Shown one piece after another: positions 25,867-32,000 of a stretch of DNA of 32,000 nt. Position numbers and translations under genes: made by a program. The notes below the pieces were generated by a model. That model was not told the DNA's origin and ran no database searches. It saw only the letters and a program-made list of their open reading frames with translations. Source of the stretch: Candidatus Saccharimonadota bacterium (GTDB taxonomy: Archaea; Micrarchaeota; Micrarchaeia; Micrarchaeales; Micrarchaeaceae); contig OY970071.1 of assembly GCA_963705375.1 (NCBI GenBank), positions 840,001-872,000 of the forward strand, given 5' to 3'. Position 1 is the stretch's first letter, and each line of letters begins with the position of its first letter.

Positions 25867-27492
25867 ATGGCAAAAGCAAGGTTCGCAAACGAATTCACTT
25901 ATAAAAAATCTGTGGAGAGTGGCAGAGAGCAGGAATTCGACGCACTTTTTGATAATGCAGTCAAAGATGTTCGGCAGAGTTTTGGGGGTACTCATCCTAT
26001 GTACATAGGCGGCAATCCTGTAAATGCCAATGAGACTATAACTGAGCGCTCTCCCATAGACTTCGGGATTGTTGTGGGCAATTTCCAGAAAGGCACTCGC
26101 GAGCACACCCAACAAGCGATAAGTGCCGCTCAGAAGGCATTCCCTTCTTGGAGTTCGACAGACTATAGGGATCGCTCCGTGCTGTTCAGGAAAGCTGCTG
26201 ACGTGTTTGCAAAGGAGAAGTTCAAACTTGCCGCTATATTGAGTTACGAGAACGCAAAATCACGCTACGAATCCATCGGGGAAGTCGACGAAGCAATAGA
26301 CTTCATGCGCTATTATTCCAAGGAGCTTGAAGTAAACAAAGGCTTTGAAAGGAAAACTGGCATGCAGCAGAGCAGTGCGAAAGTGAGTGAAGGATTCCAA
26401 GGTGCGCCTTCGGGCACGGAGAAGGTCAGGATATTACTGAAGCCCTATGGGGTCTTTGGCGTTATAGCTCCTTTCAACTTTCCAATATCGATATCTGTCG
26501 GCATGAGTGTCGGTGCGATGATAACCGGAAACACTGTCGTATTCAAGCCCTCATCGACTGATAACATGACTATGCTCACAGGGCTTAAGATATACGAGCT
26601 CTTCAAGAGTGCAGGGCTGCCTGCCGGAGTCTTCAACTATGTTACGGGTCCTGGCTCTGCCGTGGGTGCTGAGCTTGCAACCAACGACAATGTTGCGGGC
26701 ATAGCGTTCACCGGATCAAAGGAGACTGGCATGGGCATGGTCTCCAAGAACTTCGCTACTGGCAAGCAGAAGGTGTTCGTGGTCGAGATGGGTGGCAAGA
26801 ATGCTGCCATAGTGTCCAAGAATGCAGACATAGCCAAGGCTGTCTCTGGCGTTGCTAGTGCGGCATTCGGCTACGCTGGTCAGAAGTGCAGCGCTCTTTC
26901 GAGACTCTACATACATGAGTCGATAAAGGAGCTTTTTATAAGCAGGCTGATCGACAAATTGCGCACTCTTAAGGTGGGTTCTCCCTTGGATAAGGCAAAC
27001 TATATAGGGCCTCTGATAAGCGAGAGCGCATACAAAAGGTATGTGGCTGCGATGGAGAAGGCAAAGAAAGAGGGGCGCATACTGTATGGCGGCGGCGGAG
27101 TTACTGTAAGTGCACAAGGCTATTATGTAGAACCCGCGCTTGTCGAGGTGATGCACAACAGCGATCTCGTACACAAGGAGCTCTTCGTACCTATTCTTAC
27201 CATAGAGGGTTTCAAGAGCATTGATGACGCGATTGCAATGGCCAACGATGTGGAATACGGACTTACCGCGGGATTCTACGGCAAGAGCAAGAAAGAAATC
27301 AAGCAGTTCTGCGACACCATACAGGCCGGTGTTGTGTATGTGAATAGGGAGATTAGCGCAACCACCGGTGCGATAGTCGGCGTGCACACCTTTGTGGGCT
27401 GGAAAGGCAGCGGTCTTACCGGCAAGGGCACAGGCAGCAAGTTCTACCTGCAGCAGTTCATGCGCGAGCAGAGCCTCTCCATCACAACATAG
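25867..27492 (+). CDS. aldehyde dehydrogenase, 1-pyrroline-5-carboxylate (glutamate-semialdehyde) dehydrogenase-like
   Basis: 541 aa. Has VVEMGGKNA (catalytic Glu), GQKCSA (catalytic Cys), and the N-terminal extension typical of P5CDH. Confidence 0.75.
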   Translation: MAKARFANEFTYKKSVESGREQEFDALFDNAVKDVRQSFGGTHPMYIGGNPVNANETITERSPIDFGIVVGNFQKGTREHTQQAISAAQKAFPSWSSTDYRDRSVLFRKAADVFAKEKFKLAAILSYENAKSRYESIGEVDEAIDFMRYYSKELEVNKGFERKTGMQQSSAKVSEGFQGAPSGTEKVRILLKPYGVFGVIAPFNFPISISVGMSVGAMITGNTVVFKPSSTDNMTMLTGLKIYELFKSAGLPAGVFNYVTGPGSAVGAELATNDNVAGIAFTGSKETGMGMVSKNFATGKQKVFVVEMGGKNAAIVSKNADIAKAVSGVASAAFGYAGQKCSALSRLYIHESIKELFISRLIDKLRTLKVGSPLDKANYIGPLISESAYKRYVAAMEKAKKEGRILYGGGGVTVSAQGYYVEPALVEVMHNSDLVHKELFVPILTIEGFKSIDDAIAMANDVEYGLTAGFYGKSKKEIKQFCDTIQAGVVYVNREISATTGAIVGVHTFVGWKGSGLTGKGTGSKFYLQQFMREQSLSITT

Positions 27493-27891
27493 GTGCTTTA
27501 CGTGCTAGAGCTTCTTTATAGGATGCAACGGTACAAAACCGCAAGCGTATATGTGAAGGGCAAGCAGCTAAGGGCGCAACTCGCAGATTCGTTCGTCAAG
27601 CACATGCTGGGCCTTATGTTCAGGCGCAACATAGGGAAAGACGAGTGCATGCTTTTCGTTTTTTCAAGAGAATCAAGGCAAGGCATTTGGATGCGCAACA
27701 TGCGCTTCCCCATAGACGTCATGTGGATCGGCAGAGGCAATAGAGTTGTCGACCTCGTCGAGAATGCCACACCGTCGTCACGTCAGATATACAAACCCTG
27801 TGAGGATTCCAAATACGTTCTTGAAACAAATGCGGGATTTATAAAAAGGAATAGAATAAAGAAGGGCGAGGCTGTTCGCATCGCCCTCTAA
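27493..27891 (+). CDS. DUF192 family protein
   Basis: GLMFRR...CMLFVF...GIWMRNMRFPIDVMWI matches the DUF192 pattern. A GTG start abuts the upstream TAG; an alternative ATG lies at 27523. Confidence 0.65.
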   Translation: MLYVLELLYRMQRYKTASVYVKGKQLRAQLADSFVKHMLGLMFRRNIGKDECMLFVFSRESRQGIWMRNMRFPIDVMWIGRGNRVVDLVENATPSSRQIYKPCEDSKYVLETNAGFIKRNRIKKGEAVRIAL

Positions 27892-27910
27892 TTCTCAAGG
27901 TATGCAAAAG

Positions 27911-28135
27911 TTATCTTCTGCCCCTTCTGTTCATCTTAGCTCTTGCTACATACCCGGCCTTGTCCACAAAGTACAGATAGCCCGCTTCTCTCTTTATGCG
28001 CTCATCTGTTACCCTGCCCTTCCTTCCTCTTGGGTTGGACTTCATCGGTGCCTTGTATGCATAGCCGTCAGAGCCTACGTAGTAGAGAAATCCATTCTCT
28101 CTAGTTATCTTACTGCTTCCAATTCTTTCAGCCAT
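27911..28135 (-). CDS. 74-aa highly basic tandem-repeat protein (candidate nucleic-acid-binding protein)
   Basis: Two internal repeats: ITRENGFLYYVGSDGYAYKAPMKSNPRGRKGR and IKREAGYLYFVDKAGYVARAKMNRRGRR. A TATA-like TTTTATATAT lies about 35 nt upstream. Confidence 0.6.
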   Translation of the reverse strand: MAERIGSSKITRENGFLYYVGSDGYAYKAPMKSNPRGRKGRVTDERIKREAGYLYFVDKAGYVARAKMNRRGRR

Positions 28136-28262
28136 CTGTTCACCGATAATATCTCTCTCGATAGTTTTATATATCTATCGTCGACAGACCCCTTGAAACA
28201 CTCGACAAGCCCGCAAAAATCACACATTAATAAATCTTTGCAGCGAATCTCCTACCGATTCA

Positions 28263-29000
28263 ATGATAGAAATTAAGATGTTCAAGCAGGTAAATCTGAA
28301 CGGCGCCACGTTAATAGAAGGCTTCCCGGGCGCTGGTCTTGTGGGACCGATGACCATAAGCTATATCGTCGACAAACTCAAGATGGACTACGTTGGCTAT
28401 ATAACTAGCAGCGATTTTCCTCCACTGATCTCGATACACAAGAGCGAGCCGATGCCCCCTATAAGGATATACTGCAGCTCTGGCAAGGGCGAAAAGATCG
28501 TCACGATATTCGCAGAGTTCGCGATACCTTTGGAGCTTGTCACCAGCCTTAGCGATGTCGTGTACAAGTTCATAAAGGACAACGGCATAACCAGCATCTA
28601 TTCTATAGGCGGGATACCTGTGGACAAGGTTACAAACAATGTTTTCGTGCTCGCTTCGACAAGCAAGCTTCTTTCGGCCGCCCAGAACGCCAAAATGAAA
28701 CCTGTGGGCGAAGGCGTCGCTACCGGCGTGAGCGCGATGCTGCTGATGAGGGCCACTCTCGACAAACTGCCCGACCTGAACATCATGGTGCCTATAATAC
28801 CTGACACGATAACCCCAAAATACGCGGAGCAGGCGATAGCGAGCCTTGACAAGTTTGTTAAGCTAAACATAGACATAAGCGAGCTTGAGAAAGAGGCCCT
28901 AGAGGTCGAAGCCAAGATTCGCGATATCATAAGCAAGCATAGGGAGACTCACAACACCTTGAAGAAGGACGTTTACTCCGGACCTTCGCTATATGCGTGA
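28263..29000 (+). CDS. PAC2-family proteasome assembly chaperone (PbaA/PbaB-like)
   Basis: N-terminal LIEGFPGAGLVGPMT motif; 245 aa with a C-terminal helical tail. Confidence 0.75.
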   Translation: MIEIKMFKQVNLNGATLIEGFPGAGLVGPMTISYIVDKLKMDYVGYITSSDFPPLISIHKSEPMPPIRIYCSSGKGEKIVTIFAEFAIPLELVTSLSDVVYKFIKDNGITSIYSIGGIPVDKVTNNVFVLASTSKLLSAAQNAKMKPVGEGVATGVSAMLLMRATLDKLPDLNIMVPIIPDTITPKYAEQAIASLDKFVKLNIDISELEKEALEVEAKIRDIISKHRETHNTLKKDVYSGPSLYA

Positions 29001-29038
29001 ACGCATGCCAATCGGCGTGCGCAATCCCGAAGCAAACC

Positions 29039-29045
29039 TTTAAAA
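29039..29045 (+). promoter_or_regulatory. TATA box for tRNA-Leu
   Basis: TTTAAAA is centred about 25 nt upstream of the mature 5' end at 29067. Confidence 0.35.
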
Positions 29046-29066
29046 CAAAATAAGCGATATCTAAGG

Positions 29067-29171
29067 GCAGGGGTTGCGGAGTCTGGTCTGGCCAGCAAGC
29101 CACGGAAAAACGCGCGGGACTTAAGATCCCGTGGCCTAGCGCATTCGTGGGTTCAAATCCCACCCCCTGCA
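29067..29171 (+). tRNA. tRNA-Leu (anticodon UAA), 105 nt, with an insertion in the D-loop
   Basis: Acceptor stem GCAGGGG/CCCCUGC plus discriminator A. D-stem GCG/CGC. Anticodon arm CGGGA-CUUAAGA-UCCCG. Long variable region. T-arm GUGGG-UUCAAAU-CCCAC. The D-loop is about 19 nt too long. The variable-arm pairing is weak by eye. Confidence 0.75.
29087..29105 (+). other. candidate non-canonical tRNA intron in the D-loop
   Basis: Removing UCUGGCCAGCAAGCCACGG restores a canonical type II D-arm (GCG-GAGUCUGGAAAAA-CGC) and an 86-nt tRNA. The insert forms an internal UGGC/GCCA helix. The exact junctions are ambiguous because the flanks repeat (UCUGG/..CGG). Confidence 0.45.
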
Positions 29172-29243
29172 AACAGTTATTTTTATTCGAAAAACAACAC
29201 ACAAGCTTTTTATTATTTCAAAAGAAACAAGCATGTGTATTAT

Positions 29244-29447
29244 ATGGTCGACAAGCATCAGCATAACGGGAACAAGAATCAGAAAGGGTGCCGCAACCGC
29301 CAGACGTCGGACATGCAGCACAACGAAAACCCTCTTAAAGACAGGCTCGAAAGCGTCAAAAACATCAAAGAAATTTTGAGAGACCCTCCTGAAGACCCTC
29401 TACGCTCGTATACTGTATACAACAGGGACGTGCGTCGCAGTAAATAG
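29244..29447 (+). CDS. possible 67-aa hydrophilic protein
   Basis: The only ORF in a 450-bp gene-poor stretch after tRNA-Leu. A T/A-rich CTTTTTATTATTT lies about 30 nt upstream. No homology recognised. Confidence 0.25.
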   Translation: MVDKHQHNGNKNQKGCRNRQTSDMQHNENPLKDRLESVKNIKEILRDPPEDPLRSYTVYNRDVRRSK

Positions 29448-29621
29448 TAGGATGTGTTGGCCCTGCTGGCTTTGCTGCGGTTTCGGCCTTCACGCAATGA
29501 AACTCAAATAGGCTTCCATAATTATGCCGATGTTCATCATTCTTCGGCGTACAAGAAAGATATTTAAGGCTGAACGTGCCAACCCTTATATTATCTCTTT
29601 ACTCATAAAAAGGGTCTGTTT

Positions 29622-31061
29622 ATGAAAGATTCTTATGATCTGATAGTGGCAGGTGCAGGCATGGCGGGTTCAGCCGCAGCTGCGGTTGCTGCAAAGTCCG
29701 GCCTTAACGTGGCGCTCATCGACAGGAACACTGCTCAAGAAGCAGGCAAGAAGACCAACTGGGGGTGGGTGTGCGGCAATGCGGTGGCCGCAGGCCATCT
29801 TGACTTCGTGCATTCCAGGCTCGGCGTAAGCTTTGGACATCCAGAACTTGAGCTTAAGGTCGATAGCGTAACTGCGCTTTCTCCTGATATGCAGAACAGG
29901 TTCAAGTTCGATGGTGCGGGCTACATGCTCGACCGGCCAGAATTCGAACGGAAGCTCCTCAACATCGCGATAAAGGCAGGTGCAGAATTCATTCCAGAGT
30001 TCGAAGTCGAAGCTCCCATTTTAGAAGGATCTGCCGTTGTAGGCATACGTGGAAAGGACAAGGAAAAGCGCCACAAGGACATCCGGTCCAAGATCGTGAT
30101 GGATGCGCTTGGGATCGCCACTACTCTAAGGAGGAAGCTGCCCGACAATCCTTATGTTGACCGGGAAGTCGATATAAGCGACATCGAAGCGACAGGCAGG
30201 TATATTTATGAGTTCGATCCGGACCATGAGGACCTGAACTACTTCGACCAGAAGAACGCGCTCGTACACCTTAACCAGGTCATCGCTCCCGGCGGCTACG
30301 GCTGGGTGTTTCCACAAGGCACGAACAAGATAAACGTAGGAATAGGGGTGCAGAAGCAGAGCCTTGATTCGCGCAACGCAAAGCTAGGCAAGAAGGACAC
30401 GCTTCATATGCTTATGGATGCTTATGTGAAGAGCAATCCTGTGATAAAGAACATTCGCCTTGCTAACAAAGACAACAACGGCGTCGGCTACTGGTCCGTT
30501 GGAGTGCGTAGACAGATGCCAAGCTTGGTGTTTAATGGATATATGGGTGCCGGCGACAGCATGATGATGCCGAATCCGCTCAGCGCTGGAGGGATAGGTC
30601 CTTCGCTTGTTGCGGGAGTGCTTGCTGGCGAAAACGCTGTGCGTGCAATAGGAAACAATGACACAAGTATCTCGGGGCTATGGAAGTACAACGTTGATTT
30701 CGTAAATGCGTACGGCAACAAGACTGCGGGCCTTGAAGTGTTCCGAGTGTACTTGCAATCGCTTAACAACGAACAGATCGATTACGGGATGAAAATGTTC
30801 CTGACGGCGAACGAAGCCATTGACTTGAGCTACGGTCGTCCAACAAAATTGAGCCTGTCTTCGAAATTCAAACTCATACTGAAAGGGGCATCCAATGTAA
30901 AGGCGTTCTCTGACCTGCTTTATGTGGTCGGAAAGATGAAGCTCCTCAACGGCCTCTACCAGAAGTACCCGACATCTCCGGAAGGCTTTGAAAGGTGGCG
31001 CGAGGAGGTCGACAAAGAGGTAGAGGAAGCAAAGGTGCGTTTTAAGCCCAATCCTGTTTAA
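29622..31061 (+). CDS. FAD-dependent geranylgeranyl reductase family oxidoreductase
   Basis: Has the dinucleotide fold YDLIVAGAGMAGSAAA plus LDRPEFERKLL, GGYGWVFP and GAGDSMMMPNPLSAGGIG motifs. At 479 aa it has a longer C-terminus than typical GGRs. Confidence 0.7.
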   Translation: MKDSYDLIVAGAGMAGSAAAAVAAKSGLNVALIDRNTAQEAGKKTNWGWVCGNAVAAGHLDFVHSRLGVSFGHPELELKVDSVTALSPDMQNRFKFDGAGYMLDRPEFERKLLNIAIKAGAEFIPEFEVEAPILEGSAVVGIRGKDKEKRHKDIRSKIVMDALGIATTLRRKLPDNPYVDREVDISDIEATGRYIYEFDPDHEDLNYFDQKNALVHLNQVIAPGGYGWVFPQGTNKINVGIGVQKQSLDSRNAKLGKKDTLHMLMDAYVKSNPVIKNIRLANKDNNGVGYWSVGVRRQMPSLVFNGYMGAGDSMMMPNPLSAGGIGPSLVAGVLAGENAVRAIGNNDTSISGLWKYNVDFVNAYGNKTAGLEVFRVYLQSLNNEQIDYGMKMFLTANEAIDLSYGRPTKLSLSSKFKLILKGASNVKAFSDLLYVVGKMKLLNGLYQKYPTSPEGFERWREEVDKEVEEAKVRFKPNPV

Positions 31062-31070
31062 GTGAGCCAG

Positions 31071-31241
31071 ATGGAAGATTTCACAAAATTCGAGAAAGCT
31101 AGAATCATAGGAGCAAGGGCTCTGCAGATAGCATACGGTGCACCGCCACTTGTAAAAGTTCCGGAGGGCATCGTGAATCCGCTTGACCTTGCAGCTCTCG
31201 AGTTCGACAAGGGCGTAATACCTATAACGATACTCAAATGA
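31071..31241 (+). CDS. rpoK: DNA-directed RNA polymerase subunit K (Rpo6/omega homologue)
   Basis: A 56-aa ORF absent from the supplied track: MEDFTKFEKARIIGARALQIAYGAPPLVKVPEGIVNPLDLAALEFDKGVIPITILK. It contains the conserved FEKARIIGARALQI core. Confidence 0.85.
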   Translation: MEDFTKFEKARIIGARALQIAYGAPPLVKVPEGIVNPLDLAALEFDKGVIPITILK

Positions 31242-31965
31242 CTGCGCCATTCGCCATCGAGCCGTCCAGGGTGTAGAACTGCGCTCTTTTATAGTCGAAG
31301 AGATTGCCCCTGAACAGCGGATTCCTGCTTTGAAACTCAGGGCCAATAGGCCTGCCTGTTATCATATGGTTGAATGCAGGCGCGATGATGAGCTTTAAGC
31401 GCTTATTGAAGCGCGCATAATTCGACTTTGCAACAGCTGCCTTCACACGGGCCATGACCCACACCTTTTCATCATATACTGCCCCTTTTTCGTCGACAAT
31501 CCTTATTGCCGGGTGGCTGTGAGCCGTTATCAGGTAATCGCACATCATCGCCTCTTCACTTGGCTTTTTGTCTCCGTGCAGGAACGCAAACCTTCCGATT
31601 ACGAGCTCCCTGCTTATTTTGTTGCTTATCAGCTCGTTCAGGTGCGCATCGTGGTTGCCCGCTATCACTTCTATGTCCAGGCCGCTGAGCTTATCAAAAA
31701 AAGACCTTATCATGCGCGCCTCTGCTGCATCAGGATAGAGGATGCTCTCCTTTATGTCCCCCAGCATTATGACCTTGTCTGCTGCGAACTCCTTCACAAG
31801 CCGGTGTATCCTTTCGGAAAGCTGCTCCGTCGCATTTATGTGCACTCCGCGCTCGCGCAGCTTCAGCTCCATCCCTATATGCAGGTCCCCTATGACCAGA
31901 TACTTCTTTGGGCCTTGCAGTGCAATCATCGCAGGCTCGTCGTACACAAACCTCAAGTAACGCAT
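31234..31965 (-). CDS. metallophosphoesterase (MJ0037/SbcD-related archaeal type)
   Basis: Has the calcineurin-like motifs GDLHIG, LGDIKE, GNHD, LHGD and AHSHP. Confidence 0.8.
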   Translation of the reverse strand: MRYLRFVYDEPAMIALQGPKKYLVIGDLHIGMELKLRERGVHINATEQLSERIHRLVKEFAADKVIMLGDIKESILYPDAAEARMIRSFFDKLSGLDIEVIAGNHDAHLNELISNKISRELVIGRFAFLHGDKKPSEEAMMCDYLITAHSHPAIRIVDEKGAVYDEKVWVMARVKAAVAKSNYARFNKRLKLIIAPAFNHMITGRPIGPEFQSRNPLFRGNLFDYKRAQFYTLDGSMANGAVI

Positions 31966-32000
31966 ACAGCTACCAGCACATTATTAATGCTTAGACATGA

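Noticed and set aside
26716-27387. 223-aa minus-strand ORF
   Set aside because: It lies antisense within the aldehyde dehydrogenase gene.
30678-31346. 222-aa minus-strand ORF
   Set aside because: It spans the 3' end of the reductase gene, rpoK and the phosphoesterase 3' end in a different frame. All three of those genes have clear family motifs.
1-32000. CRISPR arrays, rRNA genes, or known defence, toxin-antitoxin or prophage modules
   Set aside because: Reading both strands by eye showed no regularly spaced direct repeats, no rRNA-like sequence, and no recognisable nuclease, ATPase, integrase or capsid genes. A sensitive profile search (PADLOC, DefenseFinder, Infernal) is needed to be sure.

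Overview
The window looks like a gene-dense archaeal chromosomal segment. Archaeal markers are an archaeal-type ProRS, deoxyhypusine synthase, RNA polymerase subunit K, a PAC2 proteasome-assembly chaperone, a geranylgeranyl-reductase-like flavoprotein, and a tRNA-Gln with an A1-U72 pair and no encoded CCA. The type IIIA H+-ATPase and a tRNA with a non-canonical insertion are consistent with a small acidophilic archaeon (Thermoplasmata or DPANN/Micrarchaeota-like), but that is inference only.

Most of the window is housekeeping:
- nagB, an APC permease, the H+-ATPase, uppP and ahcY
- a dys-decarboxylase operon plus carbamate kinase, a HAD hydrolase and proS
- a six-gene suf operon (sufB-sufD-HTH-sufC-sufS-sufU)
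- NUDIX, PGI/PMI, P5C dehydrogenase, DUF192, PAC2, a GGR-like reductase, rpoK and a metallophosphoesterase

Five spots are non-routine:
1. An accessory island at about 7.5-10.3 kb holds a complete 1257-bp IS4/IS5-type IS. Its 18-bp inverted repeats and 9-bp target duplication are readable directly. It sits in codon 7 of an orphan ~300-aa gene that lies downstream of a hexapeptide beta-helix gene.
2. tRNA-Gln is followed by degenerate copies of its own 3' end, then an orphan TraB-like membrane protein and a GT-C glycosyltransferase.
3. A Cys-motif HTH regulator is embedded in the suf operon, and a perfect palindrome lies in the suf promoter.
4. A 74-aa highly basic protein is built from two tandem repeats.
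5. A 105-nt tRNA-Leu(UAA) carries about 19 extra nt in its D-loop, a candidate non-canonical intron.

No CRISPR array, rRNA or recognisable defence system was seen. No single clearly novel multi-gene system can be proven from sequence alone.
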